From Acidimicrobiales bacterium (lineage in GTDB: Bacteria; Actinomycetota; Acidimicrobiia; Acidimicrobiales; Bin134): a DNA stretch of 64,000 nucleotides. The notes beneath the pieces were generated by a model. The model made no database searches and was not told where the DNA came from. It was given only the letters and a program-made list of their open reading frames with translations. The stretch spans positions 385,545-449,544 of the forward strand of contig OZ220703.1 in the NCBI GenBank assembly GCA_965116535.1, written 5' to 3'. This document shows, piece after piece, positions 27,201 to 36,300 of this stretch (position 1 is its first letter; each line of letters begins with the position of its first letter). A program made the position numbers and the translations under genes.

Positions 27201-28788
27201 AGGCGTCCAGCGAGAAGTCGGGGTAACCCGACGGCCCGCCTTCGGTGACGGTGAAAGCAGCCTGGAGGGTGCCCGTGCGGGCGCCGGTGAGCCCGCGGCC
27301 GTGGTAGGCGGTGGCGGTGAGGGTGTAGTCGCCCGCGGGCAGGGGCCGGCCCCACAGCTGGGGGTCGAGGGGGTTGGTGTTGTCGCCGTGCAGCGAGTAG
27401 GGGGCGGAGTTCTCGGTGCTGGGCCCGTACGACGCGGCGCCCGACAGCGTGAGGCTGACGCTGCCCACCGACTCGCCGTCGGCGATGTCGGCGCGGATCG
27501 CGTAGCTGCCGCCGTCGGGGTCGGCGAGCGCCACGGCGCTCTCGTCGGCGCTGTCGGCGCCCAGCGCGGCGATGACGGTCTGGTCTGAGGCGTCGATCAG
27601 GCTGAACCCCGCCAAAGGCCCGGCCGGGTCGGCGAGCTGGGGGGCCGCAGCCGGGTCGGGGTCGGCGATGGTGAACGCGATGTCGAGGGCGCCGAGCACG
27701 TCGCCGCGCCGGTACCTCATGCCGTACGCAGTCGCGCTCAGCGTGTACTCGCCCGCGGGCAGCGGCCCCCCGCCGAACAGATCGTCCGAGCCGTTGTCGC
27801 CATACAGCACATAGGGCAGAAAGCTCTCCGTGCGCGTCGCCGACACCGGTCCGGCCAGCTCGAAGTGCACGCTGCCCACCGTCGGCCCGTCGGCGATGTC
27901 GGCGCGAATGGTGAAATCGCCCGACGCCGCACCGGCCAACTCCACCGTGTCGCCATCGGCGACCACCGCCCGCAGCAACTGGCTAGACGCGTCGATCAGG
28001 CTGAACCCCGCCAAAGGCCCCGCCCCGGAGGCCACCTGAGCGGGAACCGTCACCTCCAACTCGTCGCCGTAGATCCAGCGGCCCCCGGCGACCATCTTCA
28101 CCCGATACCAAAGGGCCAGCCCTCGCCGGGGGCTCTCATCGACCGCGCTATACGCAGTGACACCCCGCTCCCAGTCCACATCGGCCACCTGACCGAAATG
28201 AGCCTCCCCCCCGCTGTCGCGGCGGTCCACCACCAACTCCTCCAGATCGTCCACCCAATCGGGCTGAGCCGGCACCGTCCACGACAAGCTCACCCGCCCG
28301 TCCTCGCCCACCGACGCCGACAAGCCCTCCGGCGCCGCCGGCGGCTCGGACTGCGTCGACACCGTCACCGTCTCCGAGAACACATCGTCGTGGCCCGTCG
28401 TCGCCAAACGCACCCGGAACCGATACTCAGTCCCCGCCTCCAGGTGATCGACCCTCTCAGACCACGACGACTCCTCGCTCAAATCCCAGTCATCGGCCAC
28501 ATCCTTGGACAACACCGCCACATCGACGCCATTGCCGTCATCTTCGACGCGCTCCAAGAACATATCGTCCAAATACACCCCAGGCTGCGCCGGCACCACC
28601 CACGACACCGTCACCGACACATCCGTCGACGCCGCAGACACACCCGACGGCGCCACCGGCGACGCATCCCCGGAAACAGCCGAAACCCCACCGGAAACCG
28701 GTGCCAAAACCACCGCCAACACAACCAGCGCCAAAACAACCCTGCGGCCCCTCGACACGCCGCCGCGAACAAAAGCTCCAGTATTCAT
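24235..28788 (-). CDS. Secreted 1,517-aa protein: 2 FN3, 3 'GPLAGFSL' modules, two 5-blade WSDG propellers and two C-terminal vWA domains
   Basis: From the ORF track. The signal peptide reads RGRRVVLALVVLAVVLAPVSGGVSA. Each propeller has five blades (MWSDGTTMWVVE, IWSDGTTVWVGD, FWSNGTTMWIVD, VWSDGTTMWVAE, VWSNGTTMWVID). The first vWA has a MIDAS-like motif IVYVVDDSGSMD (~25258-25290) and KIIFLTDG; the second has LFVIDETRSM and VVLVTDG. Confidence 0.95.
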   Translation of the reverse strand: MNTGAFVRGGVSRGRRVVLALVVLAVVLAPVSGGVSAVSGDASPVAPSGVSAASTDVSVTVSWVVPAQPGVYLDDMFLERVEDDGNGVDVAVLSKDVADDWDLSEESSWSERVDHLEAGTEYRFRVRLATTGHDDVFSETVTVSTQSEPPAAPEGLSASVGEDGRVSLSWTVPAQPDWVDDLEELVVDRRDSGGEAHFGQVADVDWERGVTAYSAVDESPRRGLALWYRVKMVAGGRWIYGDELEVTVPAQVASGAGPLAGFSLIDASSQLLRAVVADGDTVELAGAASGDFTIRADIADGPTVGSVHFELAGPVSATRTESFLPYVLYGDNGSDDLFGGGPLPAGEYTLSATAYGMRYRRGDVLGALDIAFTIADPDPAAAPQLADPAGPLAGFSLIDASDQTVIAALGADSADESAVALADPDGGSYAIRADIADGESVGSVSLTLSGAASYGPSTENSAPYSLHGDNTNPLDPQLWGRPLPAGDYTLTATAYHGRGLTGARTGTLQAAFTVTEGGPSGYPDFSLDAFNEEPNGMWSDGTTMWVVEWNTNQVFAYSLSDGSRDSGSDITLHSGHTAPSGIWSDGTTVWVGDREDEKLYAYALADGSRDSASDRSLETGLKPDGFWSNGTTMWIVDGFDERVYAYSASDWSRDSANDFTLFSDHLLAVHNDVWSDGTTMWVAEWTEGKLHAYTLSDLTRHPGLSVDTSRDLGVGDPGGVWSNGTTMWVIDNENLRVRVIDKPAIGQPGRPASGPLAGFSLVNAANQRLMARLTDGASVGVGDPDGGSYAIRADVVRGGVVGSMSLELSGAKDVPARTESTGPYSLYGDRKNRWFRDLNGGTLPVGDYTLAATVYSQPGLRGTVHGTLEVSFSVTLDEDGDYYGEGPPPTYSGFELANFNRDPMGIWSNGTTMWVLDIYDEYVYAYSLADGSRTRNWDLDLHSGHTTPRGIWSDGTTMWVGDQEDEKLYAYSLADGSRDIAADRPLATGQKPDGLWSDGTTMWIVDGYADRAHAYQMSGWHRDSANDIELTGEHLLAQHNDVWSDGTTLWVAEWVEPKLYAYTLADQSRNPRLDIDVSLEFGIDDPTGVWSNGTTMWILDGDDEEVHVIGRNTAAAEGTTGELADAVLQLTRATVGATAAAFGADAGAGGFKRGWAKAAESTPTNSIVYVVDDSGSMDFGFPEVRTALEAVRDESMPNTKVALIAFGTIPTTFFGLQDHATAPWDDYIDQFSGRRGKTSFGLALGRARGMLAADSASVKKIIFLTDGQGSLQSRDSFLETLADAGIVLDSIAFGVELSYFGEVQKLATDSGGTYIGVKKPSSATANDPVVTATAIADIFTGAVAENTATLFVIDETRSMAGPDRSLGDGPLESALAAAATKAGTTTGAQIGMAQFMGYGRANNDFSPNDLEGAFVVKYAIGSSPSKYYVARFGGGSSNVEHALKEAFSTVSGASPANKRVVLVTDGITEDAVTAETLDKYNNDSSVTLDVVAWGDHADRAAMKGWADDAGGNYYVAG

Positions 28789-28806
28789 GGCTGCTTGGTG
28801 TTCCTT

Positions 28807-31800
28807 TTAGGTGGTGGCTCGGGTGATGGTGACGGTGTAGGTGTAGGTGTCGGTGCCGTTGGGGGCGGTCACCTCGATGGTGATGGTGTTCACGCCGGTG
28901 GCGAGGTTGACCTGGTAGCCGCCGGTCTTGTCGTCGGCGTCCTCGGTGACGTCCTCGGTGGAGTCGTCGCTGTCGGCCGCGGTGATGGACACTTCCGAGT
29001 CGCCGCGGTCGAAGGCGGCCACCGCGGCCACGGTGGTGGTCGACACGCTGTTGGCCACCTCGGCGGTGTAGTTCGGCTTGCCGTGGATGAAGTGGCCGAA
29101 GTCGACATCGCTCATCGTCAGCGAGTACAGCTTGGCGTTGGAGGGCAGGCTGAACGCCTTGATGCCCGACAAATGCCGGTTTTCCCGCACTTCATAGGGA
29201 GCGTCCAGGACCCACATGGTGCGGCCGTCGGACCACAGGCCGCGGGGGTGGGTGACGCCGTCGAGGCCCACGGGGATGTCCATGCCCGGCATCCGGGCGC
29301 CGTCGGCCAGCGCGTAGGCCTCGAGCCGCGACGTGGCGTCGCCCTCATTCGCGGCGACCCACATGACCGTGCCGTCGGACCACAGGGCGAACGACACCTT
29401 GTTATCGGCTGCGAATCTGGAGTCCCCGGTGGTGGTGACGGTGATGTCGCGGTCGGCCTTTCGGGCCTTGGTGGCGAAGTCGAACGCCTGGAGCTTGCCC
29501 CCCAGAGGCACGCTGTCGTCGGCAGGACTGTCGTCGACTGACGCCACCCAGATGGTCTCGCCGTCTGACCACAGGTCCCGCGGCCCCTCGGTGTCGAAGA
29601 ACGACTGGGTGTGGATGTACTCCCCAGTGGATGACGCCATGTCGATGGCTTCGATGAAGGGGTGCCATGTCTTGGTGTTGACCCAGGGCTGGGCCATCCA
29701 CATGGTGTCGCCGTCGGCCCACAGGCCGGTGTCGTACCAGCTGTGCTCTTCGTTGCGCCGGAGGTCGTGCTGGGACTGGCGGTCCCCGGTGTCGAGGTCG
29801 TAGGCGTAGATGGTGTAGCTGGCGGAGCCCAGCAGCCACAGGGTGTCGCCGTCGGACCAGATGTCGTAGGGGCCGAAAAACTTCGAGTGTTGGCTGGGAA
29901 TGTTGCCGAGCAGGTCTTTGGTGGTGTCGCGTCTGGTGCGCAGCAGGTGCACGGTGTAGGCCTTGGCGGGGGAGCCGTCTTGGGGGGCGACGGTGACGGT
30001 GACGGCGGCCGGCGCGCCGTCGTCGATGTCGATCTGGTGCCCGCTGGTGCCGCCGTCGTCGTCGGCGGGCAGCGGGGTGACCGTGGCGTTGGCGTTGCCC
30101 GCGGTGTAGGCGACCGTGGTGGTGAACCCGTCGTCGGACTGGGCGTTGGTGAGCCGGTAGGTGTAGTCGGTGACGGCCGAGTCGAACGTCGGCGACAGCG
30201 TCACGCCGGTCAGGCTCAGCGCCGACAGCGTGTTGTCGCTCGACAGGTTGCCGGTGGTGCCGGCGAGGGTGGTGAGCTTGAGCGTGTACTCCATCGACTC
30301 GCCGTCTCTGGTCAGCGTGACGGAGATGTCGGTGACCCCGTCGGCGTCGAGGGTCACCTGGTGGCCCTCGTCGTTGGTATCGGCGTCGCCCGGCGAGATC
30401 GCCACCGTCGCGCCGGTGTGGATCGACACGGCCTCCACCGTCACCTCGGTGGCATCCGCGGCGATGTTGCGGGCGTAGTCGGTGACCGAGGGGGTGAAAT
30501 CGTCGAGGTTCACGCCGCTCACCTCGAGGCTCCGCAGGCCGTCCTGGACCAGCGTCACCTTGTAGACCTGCGCATACCGGGACGGCACGCCCGGGACATT
30601 CGATTTCAGGGTGAACGTGGTGGAGCCGTCGGCGTCCAGGCTGACCTGCTGCCCTCTGCTGCCGATACGGTACGGGCCCCCGTCGATGGACACCCGGAGA
30701 TCGCCTTGATGTGAGATCGCAAACAAGCTCACTTCGGTGAGCTCGGGGGACACCTCGTGGGTGAACTCGTCGGCGGCCGGGTCCCAGCCCGGCAGACCCG
30801 CACTGTCGATATTGTTGAGACGGAGAGAATTTATGCGATTGTCCTCGCCGCTCGGCGTCGGCGGGACCCGCACCTTGATGTTGTTGACCATCGTCTGGCG
30901 GTGGCCGGTGGGGCCTTGGACGACGGTGACGGTGACGGCGGCGATGCCGCTTGAGGGGATGTTCACCTGGTGCCCTTCGGCGACGCCGTCGGCGTCGGCG
31001 GGGGTGATGGTGACCTCTGCGTCGGATCGCAGCGCCTTGGCGTCGATTGTCGCCTGGGTGGTGCCATAGGACACATGGGTCGAGCCCGAGAGCGGTTGGG
31101 ATCTTTGGGATCTACTGCCCCCCAGCCAGTCCTTGCCGTTGATGGCGAGGCGGTGCAGGCGGGCGTCGGCGGGGAGGTTGTAGATGAACACCTTGGTGGT
31201 GTCGGCGTCGGCGATCCACAGCTGGGACTGGTCGGACCACATGGCCAGGGGCTGGTCGTTGTCGTCGGAGAGCCGCTGGTCGGCGTCGGACAGGCGCCGC
31301 TTGATGTCCTGGCTGGCGTCCCTTTGGCCGTTGTCGAGGCGGTAGGCGTAGACCCGGGCGTCGGCGCGGTCCGACACCCACAGGGTCGCGCCGTCGGACC
31401 ACACCCCGACGGGGTCTTGGTGGGGTCGGCCCGAGGTGTCGATGGTGCGCTCGAGGGCCTTGGTGGAGCGGTTGTACACGTAGATTCTGGCGTCGTCGTT
31501 GTCCACCACGTACAGGTCGGAGCTGTCGGCCCAGATGCCCATCGGGTTGGCGTTGCCCGCCGCGGACAGCGTCGTGAAGTCCGCGGCGGACTTGCGGGCG
31601 CCCGCCTCGATCTCAGGGGTGGCGTCGGAGTCGGCGTTGCGGTGGTAGCCCAAAATCGCCGCGGTTGCGTCGCTGGCGACCCACACCGTGTCGGCGTCCA
31701 TCCACAGGCCGTGCGACGTGCCGGCCTGGCTGGGGTTGTCGGTGGACGCGGGCAGGTCCAAGTCGATGTCCTTGTCGCTGTCGCGGGCGCCGCCCGACAG

Positions 31801-33327
31801 CGTGTACGCGTAGATCTTGCCGTCCCAGTCGCCGGTGCTGCCGCGCGCCGACACCCAGATCGTGGTCCCGTCAGACCAGAACGCCTGCGCGACCAGGTTG
31901 TTGGTGGCCAGGTCCGACACGATGTCGTCGGACGCGCCCGACGCCATCATCCCCGAAGCCATCATCATGCCCGACGGTGGGCCCTTGGGCGGCTCGAATG
32001 CTTTGCCGCCGGGGAAGAACCTGCTCTGCGCCGCGGCCGCAGGCTGGGCGTCGGCGGGGAACTCGATGAACGCCACCCCGTCGTCGGTGGTGCTCAGCTT
32101 GGCCACCGCGTCGGGCCCCTGGGTCAGCCCCGCCGCCGCCGAGCCCGCCGGCGGCGTCGCCACCAGAACGACCTCGCTGGACAAACCGCCGCCGGCGGCG
32201 AACTCGTAGCCGTCGTCGGCCACCGCGCCCGCAAAGGCCACCACCGCGTACCGGTACGAGCGGCCCGGCTCAGCGGTGCCGTCGAAGAACTCGTAGCCCG
32301 TGCGGCCCCGCTCCCACTCCACGGCGCCCACCACGTCCAACGGCGCGCGCCTAGCGCTGTCGGTGCGCCTCACCTGCACGAAGAACACCTCCGCCCACGA
32401 CGGCTGCTCGGGCACCGTCCAGCTCAGCGCCACCCCGCCGCCCTGCGCCACAGCCCCCAAACCCCCAGGCGCCACCGGCGCCTCAGACTCCACAGTCACC
32501 GCCACCGCATCGGAGAACACGTCGGGCAGACGCTCATGGACGCCGTCGCGGAACCTGTGGGCCTCCAGCCCCACCCGATACTCATAGGCCGCGCCCGCCA
32601 CAACACCGCTGGTGTCGTGGTACCAGGCCTCGCCGGAGTCCCAATCGATCCCGAAATACGACACCCAGTCCAGCGTCGACCACGCCCCGCCCCCCTCGCG
32701 GCGCTCCACAAACATATCGCCGATCGAAAAGTCCCCATACCCGTGATCCGGCAAATGCGGCGCCACCCACGCCAGCCGCACCGACCGGTGCGTCGCCGTC
32801 GCCGACAACCCCACAGGCGCCAACACCCCCGACACCGCCTCCTCACCCGACACCGAAACGGTGAACGACACCTCCAAAACCCCCAACACCACACCCGACA
32901 ACCGCCGACCCGAATACGCCACCGCCCGCAACACATACTCCCCCTCCGGCAACGCCCCGCCCGACAACCACCGGGCCGCGCCGTTGCGATAATCCCCATA
33001 CAGCGAATACGGCGCATAATTCTCCACCTGGGAATGCGCCGCCGCCCCGCTCAACTCCAAACCCACACTCCCCACAACCTCGCCAGCCGCCAACTCCACC
33101 CGGAACCCATAACTCCCCCCAACCGGATCGCCCACCACCACATCCGAACCATCCACCAACTCCGCAACCACCGACTGATCCCCCGCATCCACCACAACAA
33201 AACCCGCCAACGGCCCCGCACCCACAACATCGTCCTGCGCCGCCAAAGGCACCACAGCCAAACCGCTGAAGATCAGCACCACGACAAGCGCCATCCACGT
33301 GGTCTTCAACTTTGCAGATAGCGCCAT
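28807..33327 (-). CDS. Secreted 1,506-aa protein, paralog 1: GPLAGF module, 2 FN3-like domains, a 5-blade propeller, cadherin-like sandwiches, a second 5-blade propeller and a C-terminal cadherin-like domain
   Basis: From the ORF track. The signal peptide reads MALSAKLKTTWMALVVVLIFSGLAVVPLAAQ. Blades are FWSDGTTIWVSA, LWMDADTVWVAS, IWADSSDLYVVD, VWSDGATLWVSD, MWSDQSQLWIAD, then IWSDGDTLWLLG through LWSDGRTMWVLD. Cadherin-like motifs include LSALSLTGVTLSPTFDSAVTDYTY...YTVHLLR. Only 18 nt separate its stop from the next gene's ATG. Confidence 0.95.
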   Translation of the reverse strand: MALSAKLKTTWMALVVVLIFSGLAVVPLAAQDDVVGAGPLAGFVVVDAGDQSVVAELVDGSDVVVGDPVGGSYGFRVELAAGEVVGSVGLELSGAAAHSQVENYAPYSLYGDYRNGAARWLSGGALPEGEYVLRAVAYSGRRLSGVVLGVLEVSFTVSVSGEEAVSGVLAPVGLSATATHRSVRLAWVAPHLPDHGYGDFSIGDMFVERREGGGAWSTLDWVSYFGIDWDSGEAWYHDTSGVVAGAAYEYRVGLEAHRFRDGVHERLPDVFSDAVAVTVESEAPVAPGGLGAVAQGGGVALSWTVPEQPSWAEVFFVQVRRTDSARRAPLDVVGAVEWERGRTGYEFFDGTAEPGRSYRYAVVAFAGAVADDGYEFAAGGGLSSEVVLVATPPAGSAAAGLTQGPDAVAKLSTTDDGVAFIEFPADAQPAAAAQSRFFPGGKAFEPPKGPPSGMMMASGMMASGASDDIVSDLATNNLVAQAFWSDGTTIWVSARGSTGDWDGKIYAYTLSGGARDSDKDIDLDLPASTDNPSQAGTSHGLWMDADTVWVASDATAAILGYHRNADSDATPEIEAGARKSAADFTTLSAAGNANPMGIWADSSDLYVVDNDDARIYVYNRSTKALERTIDTSGRPHQDPVGVWSDGATLWVSDRADARVYAYRLDNGQRDASQDIKRRLSDADQRLSDDNDQPLAMWSDQSQLWIADADTTKVFIYNLPADARLHRLAINGKDWLGGSRSQRSQPLSGSTHVSYGTTQATIDAKALRSDAEVTITPADADGVAEGHQVNIPSSGIAAVTVTVVQGPTGHRQTMVNNIKVRVPPTPSGEDNRINSLRLNNIDSAGLPGWDPAADEFTHEVSPELTEVSLFAISHQGDLRVSIDGGPYRIGSRGQQVSLDADGSTTFTLKSNVPGVPSRYAQVYKVTLVQDGLRSLEVSGVNLDDFTPSVTDYARNIAADATEVTVEAVSIHTGATVAISPGDADTNDEGHQVTLDADGVTDISVTLTRDGESMEYTLKLTTLAGTTGNLSSDNTLSALSLTGVTLSPTFDSAVTDYTYRLTNAQSDDGFTTTVAYTAGNANATVTPLPADDDGGTSGHQIDIDDGAPAAVTVTVAPQDGSPAKAYTVHLLRTRRDTTKDLLGNIPSQHSKFFGPYDIWSDGDTLWLLGSASYTIYAYDLDTGDRQSQHDLRRNEEHSWYDTGLWADGDTMWMAQPWVNTKTWHPFIEAIDMASSTGEYIHTQSFFDTEGPRDLWSDGETIWVASVDDSPADDSVPLGGKLQAFDFATKARKADRDITVTTTGDSRFAADNKVSFALWSDGTVMWVAANEGDATSRLEAYALADGARMPGMDIPVGLDGVTHPRGLWSDGRTMWVLDAPYEVRENRHLSGIKAFSLPSNAKLYSLTMSDVDFGHFIHGKPNYTAEVANSVSTTTVAAVAAFDRGDSEVSITAADSDDSTEDVTEDADDKTGGYQVNLATGVNTITIEVTAPNGTDTYTYTVTITRATT

Positions 33328-33378
33328 TTGAATTTGTCCTTTCGCTTGGCCCTCGCCCGCCGGCGGGATGCGCTCCCC

Positions 33379-36300
33379 TCAGGTGGTGGCTCGGGTGATG
33401 GTGACGGTGTAGGTGTAGGTGTCGGTGCCGTTGGGGGCGGTCACCTCGATGGTGATGGTGTTCACGCCGGTGGCGAGGTTGACCTGGTAGCCGTCGGTCT
33501 TGTCGTCGGCGTCCTCGGTGACGTCTTCGGTGGAGTCGTCGCTGTCGGCCGCGGTGATGGACACTTCTGAGTCGCCGCGGTCGAAGGCGGCCACCGCGGC
33601 CACGGTGGTGGTCGACACGCTGTTGGCCACCTCGGCGGTGTAGTGGGGTTTGCCGTGGATGAAGTGGCCGAAGTCGACGTCGCTCATCGTCAGCGAGTAC
33701 AGCTTGGCGTTGGAGGGCAGGCTGAACGCCTTGATGCCCGACAAGGGCCGCCTGTCTGGGTCGTCGTAGGGAGCGTCCAGGACCCACATGGTGCGGCCGT
33801 CGGACCACAGGCCGCGGGGGTGGGTGACGCCGTCGAGGCCCACGGGGATGTCCATGCCCGGCATCCGGGCGCCGTCGGCCAGCGCGTAGGCCTCGAGCCG
33901 CGACGTGGCGTCGCCCTCATTCGCGGCGACCCACATGACCGTGCCGTCGGACCACAGGGCGAACGACACCTTGTATCGAAATACGTATCTGGAGTCCCCG
34001 GTGGTGGTGACGGTGATGTCGCGGTCGGCCTTTCGGGCCTTGGTGGCGAAGTCGAACGCCTGGAGCTTGCCCCCCAGAGGCACGCTGTCGTCGGCACGAC
34101 GGCCGTCGACCGAGGCCACCCAGATGGTCTCGCCGTCTGACCACAGGTCTCGCGGCCCCTTGGTGTCGAAGAACGACTCGGCGTCGATATGGGTGGCGGC
34201 AGACGACGCCATGTCGATGGCTTCGATATAGGGATGTTTGATGGACCCGGAGGACCAAGCCTCGGCGATCCACATGGTGTCGCCGTCGGCCCACAGGCCG
34301 GTGTCGTAATTGCTGTGCTCTCTGCTGCGCCGGAGGTCGTGCTGGGACTGGCGGTCCCCGGTGTCGAGGTCGAAAGCGTGCATCGTGAAGCTGGCGGAGT
34401 TCAGGACCCACATGGTGTCGCCGTCGGACCAGATGTCGTAGGGGCCGGTCAATTTCGGCTCGTAGTCGAGAATGCCGTCGAGCAGGTCCTTGGTGGTGTC
34501 GCGCCTGGTGCGCAGCAGGTGCACCGTGTAGACCTTTGCGGGGGAGCCGTCTTGGGGGGCGACGGTGACGGTGACGGCGGCCGGCGCGCCGTCGTCGATG
34601 CTGATCTGGTGCCCGCTGGTGCCGCCGTCGTCGTCGGCGGGCAGCGGGGTGACCGTGGCGTTGGCGTTGCCCGCGGTGTAGGCGACCGTGGTGGTGAACC
34701 CGTCGTCGGACTGGGCGTTGGTGAGCCGGTAGGTGTAGTCGGTGACGGCCGAGTCGAACGTCGGCGACAGCGTCACCCCCGACAGGCTCAGCGCCGACAG
34801 CGTGTTGTCGCTCGACAGGTTGCCGGTGGTGCCGGCGAGGGTGGTGAGCTTGAGCGTGTATTGCATCGACTCGCCGTCTCTGGTCAGCGTGACGGAGATG
34901 TCGGTGACCCCGTCGGCGTCGAGGGTCACCTGGTGGCCCTCGTCGTTGGTATCGGCGTCGCCCGGCGAGATCGCCACCGTCGCGCCGGTGTGGATCGACA
35001 CGGCCTCCACCGTCACCTCGGTGGCATCCGCGGCGATGTTGCGGGCGTAGTCGGTGACCGAGGGGGTGAAGTCGTCGAGGTTCACGCCGCTCACCTCGAG
35101 GCTCCGCAGGCCGTCCTGGACCAGCGTCACCTTGTAGACCTGCGCATACTTGGGCGCCACCAACCGGGAATTCGATTTCAGGGTGATCGTGGTGGAGCCG
35201 TCGGCGTCGAGGCTGAGCCGGCGCTCTTCACCGCCGTAGCGGTACAGGCCCCCGTCGACGGACACCCGGAGATCGGCATCAGTTCCGAACGCCTTCAACG
35301 TCACTTCGGTGAGCTCGGGGGCCACCTTGTAGGTGTACTCCCCGGGGACGGGGCCGAAGCCCGGCACTTCCGCACCGTTGAGATAGAAAGAATGTATGCG
35401 GTTGTCCCAGCCGCTCGGCGTCGGCGGAACCCGAAGTCCCACCTCGTAGACCATCGTCTGGCGGTGGCCGGCGGGGCCTTGGACGACGGTGACGGTGATG
35501 TCGGCGGTGGCGCCGTTTGGGGGGAAGTTCACCTGGTGCCCTTCGGCGACGCCGTCGGCGTCGGCGGGGGTGATGGTGACCTCTGCGTCGGATCGCAGCG
35601 CCTTGGCGTCGATTGTCGCCTGGGTGGTGCCATAGGGCATATAGGTCCAGCCCCCTCCCTCATTGGAGCGCTGGCCCCCCAGCCAGTCCTTGCCGTTGAA
35701 GGCGAGGCGGTGCAGGCGGGCGTCGGCGGGGAGGTTGTAGATGAACACCTTGGTGGTGTCGGCGTCGGCGATCCACAGCTGGGACTGGTCGGACCACATG
35801 GCCAGGGGCTGGTCGTTGTCGTCGGAGAGCCGCTGGGTTGCGTCGGACAGGCGCCGCTTGATGTCCTGGCTGGCGTCCCTTTGGCCGTTGTCGAGGCGGT
35901 AGGCGTAGACCCGGGCGTCGGCGCGGTCCGACACCCACAGGGTCGCGCCGTCGGACCACACCCCGACGGGGTCTTGGTGGGGTCGGCCCGAGGTGTCGAT
36001 GGTCCGCTCGAGGGCCTTGGTGGAGCGGTTGTAGACGTAGATTCTGGCGTCGTCGTTGTCCACCACGTACATGTCCGACGCGTCGGCCCAGATCCCCATG
36101 GGGTTGGCGTTGCCCGCCGCGGACAGCGTCGTGAAGTCCGCGGCGGACTTGCGGGCGCCCGCCTCGATCTCAGGGGTGGCGTCGGAGTCGGCGTTGCGGT
36201 GGTAGCCCAAAATCGCCGCGGTTCCGTCGCTGGCGACCCACACCGTGTCGGCGTCCATCCACAGGCCGTGCGACGTGCCGGCCTGGCTGGGGTTGTCGGT